Below the pieces are notes generated by a model that was not told the DNA's origin, did no database searches, and saw only the letters and a program-made list of their open reading frames with translations. Below, in pieces: positions 40,370 through 53,265 of a stretch of DNA of 64,000 nt. The stretch is from Squalus acanthias. Lineage: Eukaryota. The DNA is taken from assembly GCA_030390025.1 (NCBI GenBank), contig JASTWF010000138.1, forward strand, positions 620,001-684,000, given 5' to 3'. Each line of letters starts with the position of its first letter. The stretch's first letter is position 1. A program made the position numbers and the translations under genes.

Positions 40370-40872
40370 TCTGGGCACCACACGTTAGGATGATGTCAAG
40401 GCCCTGGAGAGGGAACAGAGGAGGTTTACCAGGATGATACCAGGGATGAGGGACTTCAGTTATGTGGAGAGATTGGAGAAGCCGGGATTGTTCTCCTAAG
40501 AGCAGAGAAGGTTAAGGGGAGACCTAATAGAAGTATTCAAAATTATGAGGGGTTTTGACAGAGCAAATAGGGAGAAACTATTTCCTCTGGCAAGTGGGTT
40601 GATAACCAGAGGGAATAGATTTAAAATAATTGGAAAAAGAACTAGAGGGGAAATGAGGAGACATTTCTTCACAAAGACGGTTGTTAAGATCTGAAAGGCA
40701 ATGCCTGAAAGGGTGGTGGAATCAGATTTCATGGGAACATTCAAAAGGCAATTAGACATGTACTTGAAGAGGACTAATTTGCAGGTTATGGAAAAACAGC
40801 TGGGATATGGGACTAAACAGGCACGACAGGCCGAATACCCTCTTCTGTGCTGTAAGATTCTATGAATCTATG
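40370..40872 (+). mobile_element. CR1 3' fragment
   Basis: QRRFTRMIPG..EQRRLRGDLIEVFK motifs. Confidence 0.85.
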
Positions 40873-41422
40873 ATGCCCATTCCGTGCCTGCTTGCAATAT
40901 TGTGCAGCCCTTTACACATCTCCCCTGTCAGTGTCCCGGACCCATTGATCGCGGCCTGTACACAGGGTTTATTTGATCAGAGTATGTTGCTGGGTCAGAG
41001 ACAGTTTATACACAATGAACAGATTTCACAAGGTAGTGATTGTGCTTTTTAAAACAGGCCCCAAGCACAGAGTTCCCCCAATGTCCATTGTCCTTCAGAA
41101 TGTCTCTTTAATGCTGGAATATTTTCCGTCACCATTAACAACCCCTCAGCTTCCCGGTTGCAATAACCAGGCAAGAGTTTCATTCCCACACCGGACTCTA
41201 AAAGCGGAACCATTCCCCTATAAGGCACTGACTGTGGCCCAGCTCGGGGTGTTTCCATTCACTGGCAGCCAGCTCACCACCTACCGGTCTCACAGCACCA
41301 CTGGTGGACACCAGGAAGTGAGGTCAGAGCATCCTGAGACACGACAGCAGATTATTGAGGGCGGGAATTAGAACGGGTGTCTTCAAATATCCAACCCCGC
41401 TTTTACAGAGCGGACAGCGACA

Positions 41423-41937
41423 ATGCGGCTACTCAGCATCTGGGCTGTGTGGGGGACATTTCTGACCGGTAATTATGGACCAAACACATTTAATCTTTTC
41501 TCTCATTTCTAAACATGGTTTGAATCTGAATTATAAACACACGCCAGTCTGATCTTTTCCTGTTTGACCATGTTTTTCAGATCTGAGTCTTGGAGATTCT
41601 GTCACTCAGCCGCTGTCCTCAGGAGTTAAGACAGAAGGAGAAGCGGTGACTGTAAACTGTACCTATGACACTAAATGGAGCACCTTTAATTATTTATATT
41701 GGTACCGGAACCACCCAGATAGACAGCCCGAGTTTATACTGTGGAAGGATCATGATGGAGTTGATGGTGTTGAGCATAAAGCAGATTTTGGTAAAACCCG
41801 GTTCTCTGCAGAAATCCAGACCTCGACTAAATTCACCAGTTTTACCATCTCGGGGCTGCAGCTGACCGACACTGCAGTTTATTACTGCCCCCTGAGACCA
41901 CACTGATGGAAACCAGTTAAACCCTGGTACAGAAACT
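41423..41937 (+). CDS. TCR alpha/delta V segment V2 (leader 41423-41468, V exon 41581-41898, 23-RSS)
   Basis: DSVTQP..VTVNCTY..YLYWYR..PEFIL..RFS..LQLTDTAVYYCPLR; cacactg-23-acagaaact. Confidence 0.9.
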
Positions 41938-42649
41938 CCCGCCGCTTTGTAGATCAGAGGCTCCGCCTGCTGAAGCCGGATATGAGGCTCACTTTGTGCT
42001 GTTTGCGGTACCGGCCATCCTGAGAACTGTTCCCAAAGTCTCTCATTTGTCGGTTGGGTTCAGTCTGTGCAGTTTCCGCGTTGTTTTCCCTGTTACTCAC
42101 TGGGAACTGTCTCTCCTGAATCACTGCCAACTTCATCTTCAGACTATTGACTGTTGCTCTTGTGCCTGTTTTCTGGACAGTTTTCTCTGAGTTTGCGCAC
42201 CAGCTGGGGAATGGGAATCTCGCGGGGTCACAGTTCAGCCGAGACTTCTTTGTTCTGAAGGGGTTTTGGCTCCTCAATGGTTTATTACATCGTTACTGAA
42301 TGTGTTCCCTCCGTTCAGTTCATTTCCTGCCGACTGGAGCGCCAGGTCTGAGTGCGATTCTGACACGGAATGAGAACTGGTTTATATTTGTTTCATTAAG
42401 TTTGAAAGTTGAGGTGCCCATTACATGAACAGGGATTGTAAGCACCGTCCCATCGAATACCTTATTGTCAAATTAGCAACACGATTATTTTTATGAATAA
42501 TAAACATGATGTTTCCTGTTCTGTACTGTTAGTTGGATAGCGATATATTTGTCAGTTTTTACACGGACACTCTCCTGTGAGAAGTACTGACAGTCCCCGT
42601 TTCTCCCCACACTGCCCGCTATCCAGTTGCACCTGTCACATTCCGGCAG

Positions 42650-43218
42650 TGTGTTTTTACGAGGCTCCCTCTGGTTCCTGTCACTGTGTCTCTCAGCCCG
42701 CAGTGATACACCGCGCTGTCAGACAGCCGTAGGCCGCGAATGGTGAAATTCCCCTCACTTTCTGAAATGTCGTGAAATGCGGAAATTCGAGCCCCCGTGC
42801 CTCTGCTTTGAAAACATCTCCCTAAGAAGGACTGCAGATCAGCAATGTTGGCCCATTGTCGCGGTCCTGACGGTACAGTTGTAAGGAATGTGAAGGAGCA
42901 GTGGTCGAATAGCTGTAATTACTGGTCACCGAGTCTCCTTCAAACTGCATCGCTGCAAGCGGCCCCTGTGAGACCGAGTCCGCACCACTAACACCGACAG
43001 AAATATAGAAATACACAACTTTAAACTTTTCTTATCATGTTATTATAACTGATAGCATCAAGGTGGCGGAATATACAGGAAATAGAGGGAAAATACAGTT
43101 AAAAGGAAGATTCTCTATGGCAGTGATACGTGCAAGAGGGAAGATTGTGTAACTTGTAAACTTTACCAGTTAAGAGAGCCGCAGCTGTGACGAATGAATA
43201 AAAAGTAACTCCTAACAT
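42650..43218 (-). pseudogene. TCR V pseudogene V3
   Basis: Leader 43167-43218; acceptor AG>CG; first Cys and Trp lost; stop and frameshift; ends LSDSAVYHCGLRD plus cacagtg (42682-42688). Confidence 0.85.
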
Positions 43219-43859
43219 GTTTGCAGAGAGTTGATAACAGATTTGAACAGAACGGGTTAAACCTGAAGTATTTTAGTCAAGACTTGGGAAGGTGTTGAAT
43301 GATATCTGGCGTCCCTGCCGATTGGTTCATTCCTGACCGAGTCAACAGGTGAGATCCAAGCAGCTCACAGTTCCTGTTTACACAAATTCTTCCAATCAAC
43401 TCACAGCTACTTTGTTCTCCAATTCATCCAATCAGCTCATAGCTCCTTTGTTCGTCACTTCATGACGTCTGTGGTCAAAATGCTCTTGCTCACTGAACAA
43501 GCGACTGGGAAGAAATAGAGTGAGTGCGTAATTAAGGGATTATACCGTATCAGAAATAATGAGCGGCTTTAATCAGCTATAATCTTGATCTTTGAGAGCC
43601 AATAGCTGGCAATCGTGTTTTTATACATGACCAAAAACCTTAAATCTCCTCAATGACCTCATTCTAAGGCTTAGGTAATACAATGCGCCAGCAGAGGGCG
43701 CCAAACTCAAGAATGATAATTAGAAAGTCATGTGATGCAAACGCCAAGGCCAACAGCAATCGAAGCCTGAATGAGGTCACAATGGGGACGCCCCCTGCAG
43801 TGTGTGGGTGGAACAATGAGCTGAACAGCCCGGGTTACCGCTCTCCTTCTCAATCTCTG

Positions 43860-44247
43860 CCTCATTGAAGCATACAAAATTATTACAGGGCTTGATAGGG
43901 TGGATGCTGGGAGAATGTTTCCCTTGGCTGGGGAGTCCAGAACCAGGGGCCACAGCCTCAGGATAAAGGTTAGGCCATTCAGGACTGAGATGAGAAGACA
44001 TTTCTTCACACAGAGGGTGGTGAATCTTTGGAATTCTCTACCCCAGAGGCCTGTGGAGGCTCAGTCATTGGGTATATTCAAAACAGAAGTCGATAGATTT
44101 CTGACTAGTAAGGGCATCAAAGAATATGGCGATAAGGCCGGTGAATGGAATTGAGGCAGAAGATCAGCCATGATCTCATTGAATGGCGGAGCAGGCTCGA
44201 AGGGCCGAATGGCCTACTCCAGCTGCTATTGCTTATGTTCTTATGTT
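43860..44247 (+). mobile_element. CR1 3' fragment
   Basis: DAGRMFPLAGESRTRGHSL motif plus 3' UTR. Confidence 0.88.
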
Positions 44248-44267
44248 CATTCAATTCCAAGTCACTG

Positions 44268-44838
44268 TGAGAGATTCAGTCAATTTCTAATAATACTGGC
44301 GGCTGTGTTGAACAGTAAGTATTGGATTATATATAAAACACACGTTAGCTGGTTGATGCAAAGAGCGTGTGCAGGGATTTAGTGCAATTACCGATCAGAA
44401 ATATTCACATGATGGACAGCTGTGTAGCTGGAGGGTTATCCACTCTCATACAGATAGACACAAGTTTCGATTTAATCTTCTGCTCTTCTGTTCCCCTATC
44501 TTCACAGGCGGGCTGTGTGCAGATCCAGTAACTCAGTCTCCGGTGACAATTGCCTTGTCAACAGGGGGTTCGGTGCCGTTAGATTGTGAATATAAAAGCC
44601 CGGATATTGACTACATGCAATGATATCGGCAGAAATCGGCACAGCCACCAAGCTGGATAATTAGCAAAGTGGTAGCACTGAAGGGAGACGAAATCTCAGG
44701 ACAATATCTGGCAGCTGCTAACACGTCTAGAACGTACGGTTACCTCAATATAAGCAGCCTGAGTGTGGAGGACGGGGCGGTCTATTAATGTGCAGTGAGG
44801 CACAGCGTCAGAAAAAGCAAAGGCCCCGGACAAAAACC
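44268..44838 (+). pseudogene. TCR V pseudogene V4
   Basis: Leader remnant FSQFLIILAAVLN|gtaagt with no ATG; V exon 44508-44800 with Trp>TGA and Tyr>TAA (AVY*CAVR); cacagcg-22-acaaaaacc. Confidence 0.85.
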
Positions 44839-44884
44839 TCAGCGAGAATTTACAGCTCCATTAAGTGTTCTTTTGTGCTGCTTT

Positions 44885-45322
44885 CTGTGGGGTTAATTTG
44901 ATCCCAAACCCACGGAGACTAAAGACAGCCAGGTTTCTATTTCAACGAGTTGTATTTGTGTCTGTGTCTTTGCCCAAATCAGCGGAGAACCGGTCTGGGA
45001 AATCTGGAGACTTGTCTCCCTGCCCCGAGCTGTATCTCCTCATTAAATAACTCGGATCTTCCCCGGGGATACTGGTTGTACCAGAAGAGGTAGGGAAATC
45101 TATCGGCTGTGGAGTAACTAGAGTTCAGTATTAAGATCTGTCCTTCCTGAACCGTTAATTCAGGTGGATCCTGGGAAAATGAGGCTTCGCCATTGTAACA
45201 AAATACTGAATCTGTCAGAAGTCTGGGAGTAAATATAACCCATGAAATACATACGATATTTTAAACATAGACTCACCGGGCAGCACGACCATTATTATCA
45301 GTAAGAAACATGGGGAGCGCAT
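44885..45322 (-). pseudogene. TCR V pseudogene V5 (V1 family)
   Basis: Leader 45277-45322 similar to V1; acceptor deleted; Cys>Ser; frameshift; DKSPDFPDRFSA retained; no YYC or RSS. Confidence 0.8.
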
Positions 45323-45487
45323 GGTGTCTGGTTTAGATGGGAGTCTCCGGCTCTGATACCAGAACAACATTAACTATTGGTCACTGGCCCCATCTCACAG
45401 ACTGACGCTGCTAAAGGGCGAACATTGGCTTTAATCCTCGTCCAGTTCTGAGGAGAACAATTTCACTCCGTTCTCTGATCCCCGCTC

Positions 45488-45790
45488 TGACGTCATGAAT
45501 TGGCGAACAAAGTAGCTGTGAGCTGATTGGTTGAATTGGAAAACAAAGGAGCTGCAAACTGATTGGATAAATTGGAGAACAAAGGACCGAGAGCTGATTG
45601 AATGTGATCTGCTGACTCTGTCGGGAACGGACCAAACGGCAGAGAGACCGGATATTACTCAACATCTTCCCAATTCTTGACAAGACAATTTCAGCTTCAA
45701 ACCGTTCTGTTCAAATCCACCACCAACTCTCTGCAAACATGTTGGGTGTTACTTTTTATTTATTCGTCGCAGCTGCAGCTCTCTTAACTG
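45488..45790 (+). promoter_or_regulatory. V promoter module (CRE plus repeated inverted CCAAT) and orphan V3-family leader exon 45739-45790
   Basis: tgacgtca at 45488; repeated attgg; MLGVTFYLFVAAAALLT with donor mutated to ataagt. Confidence 0.6.
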
Positions 45791-46216
45791 ATAAGTTCAC
45801 AAGTTACACAGCATTGTGTTTCACATCTGTATCATACATTATATTTAATCGGTCAGTTCCCTGAACACATGAATATCAATAGGTTGATCCGAAGTGAAGA
45901 AAACCATCAGGATCCACCTTGACTCAACACTGAACACTGTTTGGGGAAACTCGACAAACTCCCTCAGTGAATGAAAGCGGATGAGTTGAGGTGAGATTAC
46001 AGGCGAATGGCAGACAGACAAGCCCGTCGGCGTCAATGACGGACATTGACAGACACACGAGTCTTAAACCCACAGACAGTTTGGAGTTTTCCCTTCACAT
46101 CACAAGAGGTGAAGGTGAGGAACTGATCCCGTTAGAAGGTGCTGAAGGTTAATTAAAGGGTGTTTATTCAGTCGATCCCAGCGCCATCCCGTGAGCAGCC
46201 CCTGAGCTGTGGGGAT

Positions 46217-46429
46217 ATATATTTATGTTCAACTGCCCTGATTTGCTTCACAGATAAGTGTTGGGGGTGACGGGCTGATTCTGGGCGGTAAACACAGTGA
46301 AGTGACATTGTTTAATTTAATATCGCTCTGGGCTCTTGCAGGACATGGGCGAGGAGACTCCGGTTCACAGACACCGGCTGCAACCACAGTAAATGAAGGA
46401 GACGATGTTCAGTTGTATTGTAATTATAC
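46217..46429 (+). pseudogene. TCR V segment V6 (V11 family), truncated by an assembly gap, probably a pseudogene
   Basis: GDSGSQTPAATTVNEGDDVQLYCNY then Ns; leader ATG>ATA and donor GT>AT relative to V11. Confidence 0.7.
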
Positions 46430-49036
46430 NNNNNNNNNNNNNNNNNNNNNNNNNNNNNNNNNNNNNNNNNNNNNNNNNNNNNNNNNNNNNNNNNNNNNNN
46501 NNNNNNNNNNNNNNNNNNNNNNNNNNNNNNNNNNNNNNNNNNNNNNNNNNNNNNNNNNNNNNNNNNNNNNNNNNNNNNNNNNNNNNNNNNNNNNNNNNNN
46601 NNNNNNNNNNNNNNNNNNNNNNNNNNNNNNNNNNNNNNNNNNNNNNNNNNNNNNNNNNNNNNNNNNNNNGTGAAAGTCTTTCATAGAGGTAACCAGGCTG
46701 CTGACTGAGAGACAGATGGACAGCGGCCTGTCTGGGCCTCGGTCGCTTGTTCTCCCTGAGCAGGGGACCAGTTTGTATTCGGGTTCCCACAGTGCGGAGA
46801 CACAGAGAAAGGAATCACTGGACACCGGGAAATGCAGGAGGAAAAACATACTGACTGTCTGGAGCCTGTGCACAAAGGTCACGAGCATCTGGCACCAGTA
46901 GAACTGAAAGGAAATGAAAGTCAGTTGTTGTGAATGTGGGTTGTGAGTTGTTGTTTTTTTTCAGATCACGAAGGGTTAAATCTGCGAGCGCAAGCTGTCA
47001 ATTTCCGAGCTCGAATTCATCTGATTAATGTTTCTGTCGCTGCAAGTGTTGATGTAAAAGGCTCTACATTCGCCATCAGCATCACCGCAACACATCTCGC
47101 TATAAATGAGCACTGGAAACTGCCCATAGATACACTGACTGTCTGTTTTCACCCAGGATCTCAAAAGTGTAAAAGTTCCCATTATATCCGCCAGAGGGCG
47201 CCGTGCTCATATGTTTCTCGCTGCTTCCTCCGCACTCAGTCCCATGTTATTCATGATATGTCGAAAACCATCAACATTTCAAACCTGTTTATATTTGTGT
47301 TGTGTTCCTGGTGTTCAGTAAAATACCTCCCCTCCCGCTTGTTCTGTCTTGCTTTCACCGTCACAATCTCTCTCCACCACGCTTATGAAAAATTTCCTTA
47401 TACTGCACATCTTAAAGCAACTGCAAAGTGGCATTTTTGGTAGTTTTGTAAAGCTGCAGTTTGAAAAAAAATCTCTTATATATTAAAATATGTAATGGAC
47501 GACACACTCAGAGGGACAATTTTGTAACCCGAGTGAGGAGTTTCTCCCGTGTCACTAACCACTGTTGGACAGCCTGGAGAGATGTATGTTGGACATCTTG
47601 GGGAGTTACGGGATAACAGTCGAACTTCTTTGTATCTTGGATTAACAAGCTTCCAGGCTTTCAATATCTAAACAGGATGACTTTGAAGAGTCGTAAAAAG
47701 AATGCACTGCTTTGTTTCTGAGATGTAAAGTGCTGGTGTAAGGGAATAAGTGATAGTAATGACGTCACCCATGAGTGGTTTAGTTTTAGGGTAATAAACA
47801 TGGTTAGATGGATCCATTAGCTACAGAGAGCAGTTGGTACAGTAGTTACTTCAAAGATGCTAGCAAATGTTCTGTCAGGAAGTCTTGTTTAAGGGACGTA
47901 GTTATGAATTAAACAAACAACAAACTGTTTAGATGAATATTCCGTTTTCAAAGGGTCTGGGAATAGATACGTCATACAGGCTTATCTATGACATTCTCCT
48001 TTGATGTAGTCAAAATATGGTGTATAAATGATCATGGTTTTCAACAGTATCTCAGCGTGTACTGGAAAGATACTGAAACCGAAACAGTCACTCTCTGTAT
48101 ACAGTTAAAGACCGATCACCTTTACTGTGCATCAATAAGGTCTGTTCCGTGTACTCCACTACGGAGTCTCGTGCTTACTCGAAACGTGTTGTTGTGAACC
48201 AGAGGAGAAAGGATGTTGACTGCTAACAGCCACCATTTCCCTCCCCGTGTGATTAATTTCCGCGCCTCCTGTTAGATTCAGGCAGACTTTAATCTAACGG
48301 GTTCAGCAGATATTTAGGGAAAGGGGCTCATATTCCCCTCCCAGCTATTGCCAACACAGTCGGATGATGGCGGTTAGATATTATCTCGAAATGACAATAT
48401 ATCGGTTTGAATGTAGATGAAGATGTTCAGTTTATTTCACTCTGTCAGTAATCAGACTGAGGTGGTTGACGGGGGTCGGGTTTGATTAACCTTCTGATGG
48501 GGACACACAAGGGGAAGATTTCCTCTGGTCTCTCTGTGGAATTCTCCTCTGAAATTGTTTTAACGAAATCGCAATCTCATTCTTTTAGAATGCGTTCATT
48601 ATTTCGTTAGAAATAGCGACCAGAGGAAATCTCAACCACAGTGTGGACACCTCGGTGTAAACACGAATGTTACAGGAGAATGAAGTTAATGCTCTCGATG
48701 AGTCGTCACACACCAGCATAAAATAAACACTCAGTGTGACCGATTCGGCCCCGGTGAATATAATCCCACAATTAAGCAATGCTGAAGTTTTCCTCAGACC
48801 AAGGAATGCCGTCACTGAGTGACGGCCCCATAGGCCGATACTTTATGCTGTGACTGTCAGTATCTCTGATCAAACCCGCTATCAACTGGAAATTATAGAG
48901 ACAACCCTTGCGGTCACACTGCCTGCGGCAGCCCCGCCCACAGCTTCCGTTCGCTGCTCTCGCTCTGACGCGCCTTGCCCGCCCTGTGTTTTTGGAGAGA
49001 TTGCTGCAGCTGTTACGGGACTGTAAACAGGAGGGA

Positions 49037-49505
49037 GGTTTTTGTACAGTGACTGCCGCGTTTCCTCTCAGTGTGCGGCTCTATCGCACAGTAATACACC
49101 GCGGTATCCGCGCTCTCCGTGCTCTCAATGACCAATTGGCCGCGTTTGTCCGCAGTGGAAAGATCCAATTCAAATCGGTCCCTTCTCTCTTTGCCAGCTG
49201 ATGCCCGCATTATTACCCACTCCAGTCCCTGACTGGTTTCTGTTTGTACCAGTGCATGGCGTAAATGCTGGACATGTCATAGCTGCAGTTTATCTGCACC
49301 GAATCCCCGCTCCGGACTGTTATCGCAGCGGGAGACTGCAGCACTCGGTCCGAGAGACATCGACCTGTAAAAACATTCAGATAATAAAACACTGGAGCAA
49401 CGTGAATAAAACAAACACTGCGGGTTATTGAGCACAGCTCCTGTACCTACATGGTAGCAGCACCAGAATAACGAGTGATACATTCACTTGTACCGAGTAA
49501 TACAT
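49037..49505 (-). pseudogene. TCR-locus V segment V7 with a single frameshift in FR2
   Basis: Leader 49451-49505; V exon 49076-49364 DRVLQSP..INCSY..YAMHWYKQKP/QGLEWV..DTAVYYCAIEP; cacactg-23-acaaaaacc. Confidence 0.85.
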
Positions 49506-50006
49506 CCTTGTAATTAAAATGTCAAGAGGAAAGCGGCAGACAGCTCGCATCAGAAGACTCCGAACCGAGTGACGACATTGAACAGGCGGCTGATTAAAGT
49601 CAGCGCCGCCCAGTTAAAGTCTCAGTCACGTGGGTTTGCTGCTCTTGGATTGGTTGGAAATGGACATTGTTCACCCGCGGTTCACATCCGGACATGTCAG
49701 TGGTCTAATGACCAGCAAGTTCCTCTCCTCCTTGTGGAGGGAAGTGAGGTGAACCCATCACTTTGTGATAGTGACTCTCTGAAGGGCCATTCCTGGCGCT
49801 GGGAGTTTGGAACCAAGTCAAACTCTATATAACCCTTTCCTTACAGAATGTATGGAGGCTCTGGAACTGTGCCCCACAAAGGAGTCAACACATCCAGGAC
49901 AGTCTGATAAAACCTTTCCTTACAGAATGGATGGAGGTTCTGGAACTGTACCCCACAGCAGTAACAGCTGATATCCAGCCTTTCTCTTACAGAGCGGACA
50001 GCAGCA

Positions 50007-50052
50007 ATGCAGCTACTCATCATCTGGATTGTGTGTGAGGCATTTCTAACAG
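50007..50052 (+). pseudogene. Orphan V2-family leader exon
   Basis: acagagcggacagc..ATG CAG CTA CTC ATC ATC TGG, similar to the V2/V12 leaders; no donor and no adjacent V exon. Confidence 0.6.
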
Positions 50053-50184
50053 CCGAGCTGGGCTGCTGTCTGTGTCCTTATAGGCGAATGGTCCCACATT
50101 TAGAGTCCAGGCTGGGAATGAAACCCATGTCTAGGTCTTGTAACCGGGAAGCGCAGGATTATTAATGGGTTTGGTTTACAAAAG

Positions 50185-50600
50185 AATAGAAAAATTAGGA
50201 GCAGGAGCAGGCCATACGGCCCCTCGAGCCTGCTCCACCATTCAATAAGATCATGGCTGATCTTCGACCTCAACTCCACTTTCCCGCCCGATCCCCATAA
50301 CCCGTGATTCCCCTAGAGTCCAAAAATCTATCTATCTCAACCTTGAATATACTCAAAGACTCAGCATTCACAGCCCTCTGGGGCAGAGAATTCCAAAGAT
50401 TCACAACCCTCTGAGTGAAGAAATTCCTCCTCATCTCAGTCTTAAATGGCCGACCTCTTATCCTGAGACTATGCCCCCTAGTTCTAGACACTCCAGCCGA
50501 GGGAAACAACCTCTCAGCATCTACCCTGTCAATCCCCTTCACAATCTTATATGTTTCAATCAGATCACCTCTCGTTCTTCTAAACTTCAGAGAGTATAGA
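50185..50600 (-). mobile_element. CR1 3' fragment
   Basis: KGIDRVDAERLFP..RTRGHSL motif. Confidence 0.88.
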
Positions 50601-51972
50601 TTTATTCCAGGGTCAATTCATTCTCTATAATCCCGTTAGTTTTACCGTCAGGACACTGTTAACCGTGACTCCAGTGACCTTTCCCCTCCCGGGTCAGTTC
50701 ACTGGTGAAATAACAATGTTGTCGGAATGATTTATAGATCCCTGATATTAGAATGATGACATCTGCTGTGACTGAACAAACAACTGAACAGATTAAAGAA
50801 TAAACTCTCCCTGTAATTTAAACAGAGTTTCAAGAACTGTCCCCTTCTGTGGTTTGTATTAAAATGCTGTTTAAATTCTATCTGTTAAGTTCTGACCTTC
50901 TTTCTGTCTGTAATGATTTATTTAAAGATCCATAATCTTCAGATTTTTGATTACCAATGAGAGAGAATGGAGGGAACAGCCTAGCGGTGCTTTTCAGGAA
51001 TTTACCGCTCATCTGTATAAAGTGCCCGGGAGCAGAGCGCGGGGAGCGGGTTCTAAGCCCCCAGGGTGAGGTGCATGCTCTCGTTACCAAGAGCTCAACA
51101 TCAGCAGGGCATGAAAAACTGTCCTGACAACTATCTCGCATATTAACAAATGATGAGGAGCAGAAAAAGAAACACAATACAGGCAGTTTCGATTTGTTTT
51201 TCGCCCCTTTAACATCGATTTCCAGCATCAGTACAGTTAATAGCTTCAGAAATCAGATCTCAGGGTGTGTCTTTCATTCACATTTTACTATTGCTTTCCC
51301 CATCTTCCACATCCTTCCACTCTCTTGTCCTGCCCACTGGTTAGTATCAAAATTCAATCCTTCGATATGATGGATGTCTTTTTGTGATGATTATTGCCCG
51401 ATGTACCGACCCAGCCCATTGTGGATTTCAAACATTAATCTTCAGTTCATTCCAAAATATACACAACTGTTGGAGAAACAGCGTTTAACTCACTGCCCGG
51501 GGTCTGAGCCAAACAAAGGATATTGTGAGCTGACGCCCTCTGGTGGATATTCTGAGAAATGTTCAGATGTCGGTGGACAGGGTGTGAGGAATCCTGTGTG
51601 TATTCACTGAACTGTCTGCAATTCCTGGTTATGGGAAGCATCGTTCAACGACAGATTGGAACAAGAAAGTTCGTACGATTATAGGTAAAGCGTGGAGACA
51701 GGGGATGATAAAGGACAGGCAGGCACGGAAAGTGCATAGAAAGACAAAAGGTGTGTTCAGGAACTACAGATGGATTTGTGAATTTCATTTTTATCATTTT
51801 GAAATCACCAACTAATGTAATTCTGCCAGTGGACTTCACCTTTTCATGTGGAGTGTTGTGTTTTGTCGACATTTAGAAGGTCCCTGTGACTCTCACTGTG
51901 GAGGCTGAATTATCGCGTGTTTATCGGTGTGAGAGCGCCCTCTGGTGAGCACTAACTGCAACTCTCAGTGTG

Positions 51973-52488
51973 GGTTTTTGTACGGGCTCCGCTATATCTC
52001 TGCAGCAGTGTGGGGCTCATGGCACAGAAATACACGGCGGTGTCCGAGATCAGGGCATTACTGATCGTTAGCTCGGTAATCTTGCTGCTTTTATTAAACG
52101 TAGAAGAGAATCGGTCAGTGAATTCAGGGTTCCTGTTTACTATTCCTGCATAGAGATACAACACGTACTGTGGAGGCTGCCCGGGGTGCTGACTGTACCA
52201 GTACACATAAGGGGTAGTAGCGGTTGTTTTCAAGGTGCAGTTTAGTGTGACGTTACTTTCCTCTTCAACCGTTATTTCAGAAACCGGCTGTTCCACTGCG
52301 TCTTGATGGCTCCATTCTAATATAAAATAATAGTAATAGTCATCACCATCACCATCATCATTAGGATCATTTAACCAATTATCATAGCTGGGTTACAGCC
52401 GTCAGGGGGAGAATGGATTTTAACTGGGGAGGAAATACTTACTGAGAAGTGATATAATGATGAGGAGCGGTGCGAGGCGGTTGTACAT
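51973..52488 (-). CDS. TCR alpha/delta V segment V8 (leader 52443-52488, V exon 52013-52316); intact
   Basis: DAVEQP..VTLNCT..YVYWYSQHPGQPPQYVL..DTAVYFCAMSP; cacactg-24-acaaaaacc. Confidence 0.9.
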
Positions 52489-53265
52489 GACGCTCCCTGA
52501 GTCTGTAACTCTGCAGTCCTGGAAATCCTCTGTCGGAGCAGAAATACAGATCCCCGCCGCACTGCACTGCTGATCCAACCAATGCCAAATAAGTAAGCTC
52601 TCCGATAACAGAAGGCGGGTTAAAGCGAGAGCAGCAAACGGAAGCTGTGGGCGGGGCTGCCGCGGGCAGTGTTACTGCAAGCTTTGTCTCCATCATTTCC
52701 AGTTGGTAACGGCCAGAAACATGTGACCACGGCGCCCTCTGGCGGTCACTCTGAGAACTTTACACTGTTAGGATAATAGATTGAGTAAAGTGTGAGTTTA
52801 TCTATGGCGAACTTTCCAGCGTCCGGGTTTTGGGAGAGGCGGTTCAGACAATTTAACTGTGAAATAGGTGGAAGGATAATATGAGTGAGCTTAAAGGGAA
52901 GGGAAATTTTACTTTATTTCTGAATCTCTTTCTTTATGGCTTTCTCTTAACTTTAAGATTTATGTTTCTCACTTATTATTTCTCACTTTCTTTCATTTCT
53001 TTTTCCCTCCTTCCTAATTTGCTGTCCACTACACGTATTATTACATTGATTTTTCTCTTTCTCTCATTCTTTCTTTAGTGCCTTCGCTTTGTTTTCCTCT
53101 GTCTGTGTTTCAAAATCTGTTCATTTCAGAATTTCTTTAACTCTCTCTCTTCTATATTTCCTATTATTTTCTGTGTTCATTCTCTCTGTCCTCCGATTAT
53201 TATAACCGGGCCCCTCCCAATCCCGTTGCTCCAAACACAGCAGAGCGGCGCTCCCCCTCGGTGCA

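Noticed and set aside
46670-46830. Possible V 3' end after the gap (..DSGL.., cacagtg at ~46788)
   Set aside because: No YYC motif and no nonamer; it cannot be linked to V6 across the Ns
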